Source of the DNA: Podarcis filfolensis | Lineage: Eukaryota | Length of the DNA: 64,000 nt | Assembly (NCBI GenBank): GCA_964270895.1 | Contig: OZ185442.1 | Strand: one strand, 5' to 3' | Shown here: one piece after another, positions 52,785 to 64,000 of the stretch | Numbering within the stretch: the first letter of the stretch is position 1 | Layout: each line of letters starts with the position of its first letter | Program-made: the position numbers and the translations under genes | Notes under the pieces: model-generated | Databases searched by the model: none | What the model saw: the letters and a program-made list of their open reading frames with translations, nothing else | What the model was told of the DNA's origin: nothing

Positions 52785-54949
52785 TATAACACAAAGCCAT
52801 GGTTTATTAAACTATGATTTAAGTCATAGTTTGTTTGACCATTCAAACCCTGCCCAGTGATTTAACTACTATTTGTTTTTTGTCAAACCACAATTGTTGT
52901 TTGCTTATGAACTTTGGTTTGTTTTAGCATTATGTGAGAACCCAGCCCCCTTCCTTAACTATGGCTTCTTTGACCACCCCCACCCCAGACACTCATCAAG
53001 CAACAAAGGAACAAGGGTGGAAAACAAAACAAGCTTGGAGGAGCAAGCTGTTAAAAAAATAGTCTGTGGGACAACTCATGGTTACTCTATGGTTTCATTA
53101 AACAAACCATGATTTATCATTAAATGCAAACCAGGCCATTAATTTACAGTGTATCATTTACAGTATGATGCTAAGAAAACACTATTTATAAAGTGGTCTA
53201 TTTAAAAAAAAGCAATAGGTTTCGATTAACTTTTTCACTAGTTCACAAAAGAGTAAGTACAGAAATATAAGCAATGGTGCTGTTACTTAAAAGATTGTTA
53301 GACTAAGAAAAAGTATAATAAACCAAAAAAAAAAAGATGCATTCTTTAGTGCTAGCCATACTTTGTTTACAGAACATTATGCAACAAATATTTCTCCCCA
53401 ACAACTGGTATTCAAAGGTATAGTCCCTCTTTAAGTGGATAATCTCAAGAACTGTAGCTAAGAACGACCTTGCTCAGGCAGATTAAGGATTCATATGGTC
53501 GAGCAGCCTGCTCGTAACAATGGCCAAGTATTGCTTTTGAGAAGCTCACTAGCTTAGCTTCACCTGTGTCTCCTGCAACACTTGGCATTCATCTGCTTCT
53601 CTTTGTGTAATGGAATCTGAAATGACTTTTGGACCAGGGAGTGAGATAGGGAGAGAAGAGAAGGAAGTTAAGAAAGACAAAGTGGCATTAAAGGAGCAAA
53701 GCTGCAGCTGCTGCCACGTTTTCCTGCATGCACCTTCCCAGCACTGGTCAATGCCAAGTACATGAGCTCCTGTCTCCTAACCCTCCCACTCCCTTCCCAG
53801 TATCAACTGATACTGCTGAGTATGCAAATCTCTATCAAAGGGTGCAAAATTTTCAATATAGCTGGTGCCCAGCATGCAAATCTCCACTGTCCAATGCCAC
53901 CCCCGGCCCATGGGAATACTAAGACAGTTTATATGCTGTCTTTCCATTTCCCAAAAAACCACAGTTAAGTGGTTTGCATAACTAAAATAATAAACAAGCT
54001 GAGCACCAGCTGTGCAGGAAAGGTGGAGGCAGATGAAGCTCACACACAGTGAAGGGAAAAGAGATAGCTGAATGAAAAGAATCCAAAACAAAACATAGTT
54101 AAGGAAAATGCAACTAGCGCCCAGTGTTCCAAGGAGAAAGACAGTGAGCTGAGAAGCATGGAGCTGTCATGACCCACTTCTTCAGGAGGTGAAACTGATG
54201 ACTCTGAGTCAGAAGCAGAATTGCATCAAAGGTCAGACCCAGGAACAACTGGTGAGCACATTAGTCTGAAGAATATTCCATTGTCATCCATTACAGAAGT
54301 CTCCATTACAGAAGCCCCAGAGCCTTCCCTGCTTCACTTATTGAGAAGGCTGGGCCCCTTTAACTGAAGAGGCACTTTTCAGTAAACACAGAGTTTACAA
54401 CTAAGATAGAATTAGTGCTCCTATGTAAGGATCAGTTAAAAGAAGCAACAGATGTTTGCACCTTACCCAAAGCCTAAACTCTACACAAGCCTCAGATGAG
54501 GCCAGCACCAGTACCAAATACTGGGAAAGAGAGGCGCTGGGTGCCTTACAAGCTTGCTGAAAAGAACAGGAAATGAAATATTAATATGACATGATGTTCT
54601 GCTTAGCAAGGTGATTGACAGGTGAGCAGCTCTGACCACCAGTCAAATTTGGCTCTCCATGAGTGGGGAGAGAAGGATCTTGCCAGCTAGCTAAAAAAGG
54701 TTCGCCACAGCTGCCTTAGAGTGAAGGTCTCTTAACTTTCATATGGAAAACCAGAAAAACTCAGAACTCAAATACATACTCACTGGACTTTTTCATGGAT
54801 TGGCAAAACTGCAAACATACTTCCGCACCTAAGAGTTTATTAAAAATTAAGGTGTTTTAATTCCTGAATTTACCTTACAGGTGTGTTGAACGCTATTCAC
54901 CTTTGTTCATGTGAATGCAATCATAAAAGGCTTATTGTTATCCATCCTA

Positions 54950-55096
<147 letters not shown>

Positions 55097-55399
55097 TCAT
55101 AATTAAAATATTTTTTAAAGTAACACTGCAGTAAATGTCCAAAAAGCTGTTTTGAGAATGTTTTACTACCTCAGCCAAATTTCACCTTCTCAGGATAGTA
55201 AAATGTGTCGAAGCAAATCTGGACCAGGTCCCGTCCCCCCATTAAGTCCTATTAGATATATATTATTTAATACAACACAAAACCAGTGGTAAAAATCAAT
55301 AGATTCAATGGGACATTTTATGTCCTGGACTCTTTATTTGTTTACATAAAGAAAACTGCCAATGGTTAAGCAGCTTAAATTTGGGGACTTTGTTTGTTT

Positions 55400-55745
55400 T
55401 TTTAATTTACATACCGCCATTCATCTGAGGTTCCCAGAACAGTATAAAAACACAAAAATACAAAACATAATAACAAACAAAACAATGATGCCCACTTTAA
55501 AAGGCCATAGATTGTTTAATTAGTCAAAGCTCTGGGAGAAGAGGAATGTTTTCGCCTGGTGCCTAAATATATGTAATGAAAGTGCCACGGGGGCCTCCCT
55601 GGAGAGAGCATTCCACAAGAGAGGAGCCACTGCAGAAAAGGCCTGTTCTCGTGTTGGCACTATCCAGACTTCTTGCAGAAGGGCCACAGCTCTGCTCTGT
55701 TGCAGGGTCAGCTAATATGAGGAGAGACAGTCCTTGAGGTATTGT
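55400..55745 (-). mobile_element. L2 fragment
   Basis: Reverse-complement similarity to 31250-31420 and 41260-41420. Confidence 0.55.
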
Positions 55746-57131
55746 AGTTTACTACTGTGGAGGTGACAATATCCTAGAAGAACTATGGTGTTGCTTTACT
55801 TCTGTGCAAATTCTGCAATCAAAAAATGGACCCAGAGATTTTGTTCCAGAATTAGTTGGCTGAGGGCATTAGAAATGGCTTACCTATTAACTTCAGAAAC
55901 TTGTGAAACTATTCCCAAGAATTTAGACTAGCTAATGCTGCAAAGAGATTAGAAGAGTCATGTGTGGTGCAGTAGGATCACCATCACCTTTTAGTTTTCT
56001 AACAGAAGCAGGAGGAAGGTAATGAGCAATATTCAGAAAGGACAGATGAAAAAACACAGCATTTTGTTTATTTCAACCATTTATATACTGCTTTACATTG
56101 TAATTTGTAGAGGGAATAAAGCTGAAGTAACCCAAATTACCTGAAAGCCCCACTGGAGTTGACTACTTGACCAACAACAATCTATTTAAAATGGAAGACC
56201 ATGGTCTGTAGCTAAGTATTACTCAGACAGACCCATTGAAATCAATGGACCTCAGTTAGGTATGATTTACCCTCTTCAGATTTCCCCAGTAGGCTGCAGT
56301 CTAAAGCTACTATTATGGCCAGCTACAAACACAGTTAGTTGCCTAAACTGTGTGTGAACTCCCCAGAACTGGAACTGGGAATCAGCATGCTACAGAAAAT
56401 ACACAGGAATAGTGGCTACATTTTTGTATCAGTTTGGACTGTATTTGGCCATCTAGGCTAGTACTGTCTACTCTGACTAGCAGTAGCTCTCCAGGGTCTC
56501 AGGTAGAATTCTCTCATGCTACTTATTACCTGAGCCTTTTAAGGATCTGGCAAAGTTGCTTTTTACATTCCTCCATATTTACTTGAAACACTGATACTTT
56601 GTTTTTCCGGTTGAAACACTTGAGGTGGTTCACAATTTAAGAAAAATTATGTACAAACAAAGAGAAATGCAAGAAAAATAAGCAAGTTCTAGATAGGAGC
56701 AACTCTTTCAAACCCTAACAATAAGGAGAAATGGTACTGTAGAAAGCAGTTCTGGGAGGGTAGGAGCCAAAGAACACTGGTTGCAACACAAGGCTGAAGG
56801 ACAGACTTCACTTTCTCACCTCTCCCTGATAGAATGGAAGGGGCAGAGTGGTGCTTCCCAGGCCCAGCTGCTTCTCCACTCCAAATTCCCCCTCCACAGT
56901 GATGGACCAGGGCTCTCAAATTGCAGTGGTGCTCTGTGCAACGTTAAAATCCCACACACCCCCGTCTCTCACTCAGTTTTACAGCATTGTTATGGCACTC
57001 GCTGCAGTGCAGCCACACTGGTTGAGCTACCCTAAAACTGCCCTTGCCCTCCATGCACAAGTCATTTACTTTCTCTGTGGAGCTTCAAACATGTATCATT
57101 ACACATTGCTTGGTTTGGTAAAGCTCACTTA

Positions 57132-57350
<219 letters not shown>

Positions 57351-57559
57351 TTAAATACAGTATTTTAATGCAAACTGACAATCTAGTTCAAACATTGAAC
57401 ACAGAGCACGGTATGGCCAGTGACTGTGAGCTGTGTTACACGGTCCGTTTCCACTGTATGCTTTGGAGCTGCAGCCCCACGTGCACAAAACAACGTGCAC
57501 AAAACAGACAGTTGCCCTACACTGAACCAAGACAGTTGCTGCATCTAGCTCAGTCTAGT

Positions 57560-57670
57560 CTACAAAATGACTGGCAGCACCTCTACAGGGTTTCAGATAG
57601 GGGATCTACTCCGGCTGGCAGTGGTTCTCCGGGGTTTCAGTGAAGAGTATTTCGCAGCCCTACCTGGAGT
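57560..57670 (-). mobile_element. Squam3-like SINE fragment (related pieces at 1-55, 56440-56545, 58135-58230)
   Basis: Shared text gactggcagcagctctccagggtttcagg; family name from memory. Confidence 0.4.
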
Positions 57671-58541
57671 CATACATTTAATATATTTTCTGTTCTCCCC
57701 CCTGCCCCGCCTTACGTATCGACTGGAGGTCAAGATCTTTTTCCTCCTGTCCTGCACTTACTGAAATATATACAGTATTCAAATGACAATGCCACATATA
57801 GACTCAATGTAAAATGAAATCATTGAGTCTATTTTCTTACTCAGTTGCTTATATTTGTAATTTTGTGTTGCTAGAAGTTTACAAAAAGCTCCTTAGCTGG
57901 CACAGGGGATCCAGACTGCCTTCCCCCGCCCCATACGATTTTACTACTGAAAATCCCCCAAGTGATACATGCAGAAAAGAAATGCATCAGTAAACAGATA
58001 CACATCCTTTAATAAAAAGTGGAGGGTGGGGAGAGAATGTGGTCTGCAAGCTGCAAAACCCTTTGGGTGGAGGCAGATTAAGGTGTCCCCGAGAGCGGAA
58101 GTGTGGGCGACTGAGGAACCTAGGGATCTACATTAAAGCAAAGTCAGACCACATCTAGTTCACGGTCGCCTATACTGTTTGGCAGCGACTCTCCAGGGTT
58201 CCCAGGCAGCAAGTATTCCCAGTACGACATGCAACGGCAAACAGCTACTCTACCGTTGAACTACGACACATGCACAAAGGAACCAGGTGCCGATAATAAC
58301 CAAGCGCAGGAAAACCGCGCGAATCATGCACGTGTGAATGGGACCTCGACTTTTTTTTTATCGCGCGTGGAGGGGAGCAAGACAAAGTGCTGGGAAACGG
58401 CGGAAGGGAGAGGATGCTGGGGGGGACGACAACCCTATTATAGTAAAGACGCGGGAGAAAGGGGCGGAGGAGGCGTGGCGCTGTGGCTCTCCGCTGCTCA
58501 TGGGAGGGGAGGAAGGAGGGGGGACACCGAGCGCCACTCAC

Positions 58542-58657
58542 AGGTTGATGGTCCGCTCGAGCGTGAGGGGTTTGCTTTGCTGGATGTATTTGTTACCGAA
58601 CTGGTTGACCCCACGGGGCCAGCCGGTCTGGGAGCGGTTGGGCGGCACGACGGACAT
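58542..58657 (-). CDS. NUDT21: CFIm25 exon 1
   Basis: [38 protein letters not shown](L)|gtgagt; 116 nt. Confidence 0.97.
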
Positions 58658-59182
58658 GGCGAAAGCGGAAAGCGGCTCAGAAGGCCACGAGCATTCCCCG
58701 GCCGCGCTGAACCTCCGCTCCGTCCCGCACACCGCTCGCCTCACACCCGCCGAATCCTACACCGGAACCAGTAGGCCACACTTCCGGGAACCATAGAGAC
58801 GAAGGTTGAATGAAGCCGAGTCCGCCCATCTGTGTCAAACGCTCCTGAGGAAACCGTACCGGCCCCTCTGGGCGGGCCTGAGTACCATAGAGAAAGCAAA
58901 CATGACTCGAGAGCGAATGAGAAACGCCACAGCCAATGAAAACATCCCGCGGCAGCCCCGCCTCTCAACCAACCATCCTAGCACCTGGTTAGGAGACTCT
59001 AGAGTGCGTAAGAGTACGTATCCTATCTCTGCGTGGTTTCCTTCACCCTTTCTCGCTCATTCCCGCTCTCGCCTCGCGCCCACCGCTACGATTGGCTAGA
59101 CCAGGAATAAGGCCCGCCTTTAAGCGTGAAGTATGACGGGAGCTGTAGTTTCTTGCGTAGTGTGCACATGCGTGCGGGGAAG

Positions 59183-59369
59183 ATGAGTGGAAGGCGCAGC
59201 AAGAGCCGCTCGGCTCGTGTGGAAAACTCTGGTTCGCCCGTCAACGGAGAAACGGCCAAGAAGCGGGTCAAGCAAGAGGTTCGCGCGGAGTTTTCTGCAG
59301 CCCTGAGGGAGCCGGCCCTGAAGGAGAAGGTGACCGCGGCTTGGGCCTGCCAGAAAGCGCTTGACCACG
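59183..59369 (+). CDS. OGFOD1: Prolyl 3-hydroxylase OGFOD1 exon 1
   Basis: aagATGa; MSGRR...KKRVKQEVRAEFSAALREPALKEKVTAAWACQKALDH G|gtaggc; 187 nt; the start could instead be the in-frame ATG at 59168. Confidence 0.88.
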
Positions 59370-59949
59370 GTAGGCTCACGGGGCTTGGAGGCGAGGGAGG
59401 CAAGCAAGTAGCGAGGGAGGCGGGACCGGGGCGGGGCCCTCCGTCTTCGGACCCCTTTTCCATGGGCGCCTCCAAGACTCTAGTCCTCATGGAAGTAGGA
59501 AGCCAGTGCCTGCGTTGTGCTGCCCCAGACTGGAAGTGCGGGACTGGGCGCGCCGACAGAACCGGTTTCACGAGGTGGTGTGGTGGGTTGGGGCAGAAAG
59601 TTGCGCTTGGACCCGAGTTCACCCCCCCCCCCGCTCGGCCATAGACCTCGCTAGGTGGATATTGGGCTGGTACCTGTCTCAGCATCACATACCTTAAAGG
59701 GCTGTTGTGAGGAAAAAATATCGGAGAACGGTCGAGAACTCTGAATTTGTAAAAGAACAGCCCTTTGCCTATCAGAAGCCAAATTACTGTGTTTATGCCT
59801 TGCTGTCGGCTGCCTTATAATTAATAGCCAAATTGGGTTTAATACTTTTTGTACGATCTGTATCAAGTGTCTCTAGCAGCTCCTTATGGGAAAGGCTGCA
59901 ACACGTGGGATTTGTTAGCTTAGAAAAAGGGTGGGTAATGTGTACAGTA

Positions 59950-60175
59950 CAGTGGTACCTCGAGTTAAGTACTTAATTCATTCCAGAGGTCCGTACTTAA
60001 CCTGAAACTGTTCTTAACCTGAAGCACTACTTTAGCTAATAGGCCCGCCTCCTGCTGCCACACCGCCGGAGCCCGATTTCTGTTCTCATCCTGAAGCAAA
60101 GTTCTTAACCTGAAGCACTATTTCTGGGTTAGCGGAGTCTTTAACCTGAAGCGTATGTAACCTGAGGTACCACTG
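59950..60175. mobile_element. Tc1/pogo (Tigger-like) MITE, same family as 48528
   Basis: TA|cagtggtacctcgagtta ... taacctgaggtaccactg|TA. Confidence 0.88.
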
Positions 60176-60199
60176 TATTTCTAAAATTACACATGTGGA

Positions 60200-60592
60200 G
60201 CGAGGGAGACAGCAGGTTTTTTCCCTTCCTCATAATACTAGAACTCAGGGCCAAGCTGAGATTCAGGACAAACTAGAGGATATACCTATTCACGCAGCCC
60301 AGATTTAACTGTGAATTTCACCACTACAAAATGTGATGGTGGCTGCCAACTTGGATAGCTTTAAAAGAGGATAAGACCAATCCATGGAAGTTAAGGCTAT
60401 CAGTTGCTAGTGGTTGTGATGCCTGCATACTACTTTTTGGATCAGAGGTAGTGTGCAGTTGCTGGGAGTCATGATTGGAGTGTTCTATGGGCGCATGATT
60501 TTTTGTGGGCTTCCCATAGTTTGGCAGGTGTGGGAATATAATGCAGAACTAGATGGGCCTTTGGCTTGATCCAGCAGGGCCTTCCATATGTT
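60200..60592 (+). mobile_element. CR1-type LINE 3' end
   Basis: cataatactagaactcagggc...gaactagatgggcctttggcttgatccagcagggc. Confidence 0.65.
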
Positions 60593-60661
60593 CACAAATT
60601 GATGTGGGAAGAGTCATCTGATGGTACAGTGTTCAAAAACTGTTTGAGACTGCAGGGACAA

Positions 60662-62065
60662 GAGAGGGGAGGTTTTGCCCTGCCGGATCTGAAATTATAT
60701 TACGAGGCAGCATGCCTTTGCTGGTTGAAAGAGTGGGTCAAATTAGAAAATAAGGAACTCCTCGATTTAGAGGGGTTCGATAACAGATTCGGATGGCATG
60801 CCTATCTATGGTATGAAAAAAAGAAAGTGCACAAAGGTTTTGAGAACCACATCTTCCGAGGTCCTTTAATTCAAATATGGGAGAGGTATAAAAACCTATT
60901 AGAACCTAGAATCCCACACTGGTTATCTCCTCTAGAAGTCGTGGCGGTAAAGAAATTAAATATGAGAGGCAAGTGGATAACATACAGTCAATTATTATAT
61001 ATGGAAGGAGGAAAATGGAAAATGAAACCATATGAACAGGTTAAAGAACATGTATATGATTGGCTGCATTACTTTCAAATTAATGAAATGTTTAGAAAAG
61101 AGTGTAAAGAATATGGATATGCGGACAAGGATTCTAAATTTCAGAGGGAAATTATAGATAATGATGGAAAAATCTTATCTAAAATGTATAAGTTGTTGCT
61201 AGAATGGAACTTAAAAGATGAAGAGGTAAAGTCAGTAATGATACACTGGGCCAGAGATGTCGGTCACAATACACAATTTGAGGACTGGGAAAAGCTATGG
61301 AAAGAGGGGCTAAACTTCACCGCATGTATGCAATTGAAAGAAAACGTTATGAAAATGTTTTTCAGATGGTATATGACACCTACAAAATTAGCAAAAATGT
61401 ACAAGACAAGCAATAAGTGTTGGAGGTGTAAAGATAGGTAGGGTTCTTTCTACCATATGTGGTGGGAATGTGGAAAAGTGAAAGACTTCTGGGGAAAAAT
61501 ATATAACGAACTTAAGAAGGTTTTAAAATACACATTTAAAAAGAAACCAGAAGTTTTCTTATTAGGAATATTAGGAAATGAGATTAAAAGAAAAGATCAT
61601 AAATTTTTTCAATATGCGGTGACGGCGGCAAGAGTGTTGGTGGCTCAGAGGTGGAAACAGCAGGAATTACCGACTGTAGAAGAATGGAGAACAAAATTGT
61701 TAGATTATGCTGAGTTGGATAAATTGACAGGAAAGATTAGATATTTAAGAGACCAAAAATTCATCGAGGACTGGGGGAAATTCGTGGAGTATCTGGAATG
61801 CATAAGTAATGGTCAGATAACGCTAAGGGGATTCAAAGAAGCACTGTGAAAAATTAAGAAATATTGGCTAAAGGGAACAAATAGAAAGATACAAAGAATG
61901 TCAATATAAAACTAAGAAATGCGTAACTTATATGACAGCTACGAATGATTTACGGAAAAACTGAAGGAAGTCTAAATAAGAGTAAGATGTGATTCAATTG
62001 ATGTGAACTAATTTGTTTATTGTTTTTGATGTAAATTAATAAAAATTATTTCAAAAAAAAAGAGA
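60662..62065 (+). mobile_element. 5'-truncated L1-clade LINE (ORF2 C-terminus, 3' UTR, A tail), young
   Basis: Perfect 16-bp TSD GAGACTGCAGGGACAA (60646-60661, 62066-62081); reading frame LPDLKLYY...CWRC..*..HMWWEC with one in-frame TAG at 61439; AATAAA 62038 then A run. Confidence 0.9.
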
Positions 62066-62289
62066 GAGACTGCAGGGACAAATGCTGTCCTTGAAAGCAA
62101 GCTCTGGGACTCAGCCAGACTCTCATTAATCCCTGAAGTTGTCAGTGTGAAAATAGTTGAAAAAGCCCTACAAATTGGCCTGAAAGGAGGATATGCAGCA
62201 TTCCCTGAGCCAGCGATAATGTATGTGGGGTTAAGGGATGCCTTGCATTCCTAAACTGAATGCCACTTGGCCCCCAACTAATGAACTTC

Positions 62290-62440
62290 ATTATTTATTA
62301 CATTCATACCCCACCTTTCCTCCTAGCACCTCAGGTGGTGTTCTCTCCCCCTACGCTTTTTTTTATCTTCACAACAACCCCGTGTGAGGTAGGTTAGACT
62401 GAGAGACTCACTGACCCAAGGTCACCCAGTGAGAGTTATT
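62290..62440 (-). mobile_element. CORE/MIR-like SINE fragment
   Basis: cacaacaacccc-gtgaggtagg core text; a shorter opposite-strand copy at about 59680-59715. Confidence 0.5.
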
Positions 62441-62621
62441 TGCAAGTTAACTATAATCTAATATGCTGTCTACAATTTGGTTTAAGTATCAGAACTGAAG
62501 ATGAAAAGGCCAACTTTGTCAGGATTAAGATTTACATGCCTGCAGCTAGATAGCACAGTAAAATATATACAGGGCTGTGTTATGTGTTTCAGGAAACTGT
62601 TGTCTGTTTTGTTTTCTCCAG

Positions 62622-62767
62622 AGGCCATTGTCTTAGATCCTGTTCCTTTCCATCACTGTGTCATCCCAAACTTCTTCCAGAATGAGGACTTTTCAGAAGG
62701 TCTGCAAAAGGAACTTTTGAGCCTGGATTTCCATGAAAAGTGCAATGACTTGTACAAATTCAAGCAG
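62622..62767 (+). CDS. OGFOD1: OGFOD1 exon 2
   Basis: ctccag|[50 protein letters not shown]|gtgctt; 146 nt. Confidence 0.93.
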
Positions 62768-63525
62768 GTGCTTTATTTGGCATATTTATTTTTTAAAAGT
62801 TTTTTGTTTGTTTTTTACTCTGCTCTAGCCAAAGAAGGTTGCTAAAGCATCTTAGAATGATCAACAATCCTTACCCTCCAGGCTTAGAAGACATGACACC
62901 AAAAGAAAAGGGAATGGAAGAGTGGAAGAAAAAGCAAACTCTGGCACTAGTTATTTAGTTACAAAACTCCCTACTTTGGATGGATTCTTATGGTCATTTT
63001 CCTATAGGGCATGACTATCGGATTCATACATCTATTGTTCAGAAGCAATGTCAGTGGTGGTAATGATCGAGAGCTCAGATCAGTTTTATGCACAACCTGT
63101 CAGGCTGGTTGAGCTTTCTTTACAGCAGCTGCAGCCACTGCCCAACCTCTCCACTAAGAATGTTGATGGGAGACCAGGATGGCCTCAAGTTCTGTTCATG
63201 TGTTTGGGTTCTCCTTTCCATACTTTTTTTTGGGGGGGGGGAATCAGAAGGAAATACTACTAGCTGTTGTATAGTTGTGGGGGGTTTTTTGAGTGACCAT
63301 ACCGAGGAGGGCAAAGCTTACTTGGTCAGCTCCCTCTTCACAGGGGACTCTTCACTCTCCTTGCACACCTTTTAGATGAAATGCGGTGGGAGTTGGGGAC
63401 TGGATTTGACAAGCTGTTTTAGCGAGATCATCCAGATATAAATGAAATTTGCTGTTACCATAAAAGCCATTTGGAGTGTAGGGTAAAAGTTGTAACTCTT
63501 GTTGCTTCTTGTTGCCTATGCATAG

Positions 63526-63572
63526 TCTGATGACCTGAAGAACAGAGGAGGGCCTTACATCGCTGCTTTAAG
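63526..63572 (+). CDS. OGFOD1: OGFOD1 exon 3 (gene continues past the window)
   Basis: gcatag|SDDLKNRGGPYIAAL(R)|gtaaaa; 47 nt. Confidence 0.9.
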
Positions 63573-64000
63573 GTAAAATTCTGCTTTGTAATGTGCCAAA
63601 GACTACTGTGGATTATGATGGCCAAGTCAAAGATGCAGGGGTGTTCTTGTGTATGCTGAGAACAACAGCAACTGCTGCGACCTAATTTTCCGTGATACTT
63701 AAAAAGATAGTGGCAATTTGGCCTGCTTGCTTGTGTTATGCTAGTTATATCCCCTCAGTTCTAAAGCAATGCATACTTACTTGGAAGTAAGCCCATCTAA
63801 TTTCTTTGGAACTTATTTCTGGGTCCGCGATCATAAGCCATGCTTCAGTGTTGGATTTTGAGCACTAGGCATGTCCATCTTAATTGTTTTTCCTTTTAAA
63901 TGTGAAGATAACTCCAGTATTGGAGGCAGTATGTCTCTGAATACCCATTGCTAAAGAGCACAAGAGGGGAGGGTTCTGTTGCTCTCATGTCCTGTTTATG

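Larger units (their letters stand above)
58150..59660. promoter_or_regulatory. NUDT21/OGFOD1 bidirectional CpG-island promoter
   Basis: Divergent ATGs at 58657 (-) and 59183 (+); ETS ACTTCCGG 58780-58787, CCAAT 58933-58937, ATTGG 59091-59095, GGGAGCTGTAGT 59138-59149, GC boxes. Confidence 0.88.

Noticed and set aside
54181-54257. Acidic exon-like segment with a gtgagc donor antisense to NUDT21 intron 3
   Set aside because: The frame is closed by a stop just upstream, and there is no good acceptor.
58229-59688. Long ORFs of 150-200 aa around the NUDT21/OGFOD1 promoter
   Set aside because: Same CpG-island effect; only the NUDT21 and OGFOD1 exon 1 parts are supported by splice sites and homology.

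Overview
Vertebrate genomic DNA from a squamate reptile, probably a lacertid lizard (inferred from Sauria/Squam1-type SINEs and the MITE/LINE content). It holds the conserved GNAO1-AMFR-NUDT21-OGFOD1 block. GNAO1 (+): last two coding exons of the Go1/A isoform plus 3' UTR. AMFR/gp78 (-): complete, 14 coding exons that join in frame to 648 aa. NUDT21/CFIm25 (-): complete, 7 exons, 227 aa. OGFOD1 (+): exons 1-3, head-to-head with NUDT21 across 525 bp between start codons. All exon boundaries were read from the sequence and are GT-AG with consistent phases. The rest is intron or intergenic DNA rich in hAT, Tc1/pogo and Harbinger-like MITEs and CR1, L2, L1 and SINE fragments, with a 140-nt N gap. 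I found no new gene family or new biological system and do not claim one. The best leads are regulatory hypotheses: MITEs carrying the same motifs as the bidirectional promoter, tandem poly(A) sites with UGUA elements in NUDT21's own 3' UTR, a possible AMFR intron-11 truncating isoform, a young sense L1 in OGFOD1 intron 1, and GNAO1 splicing signals. Comparisons to human orthologues and repeat family names come from memory, not from a search.
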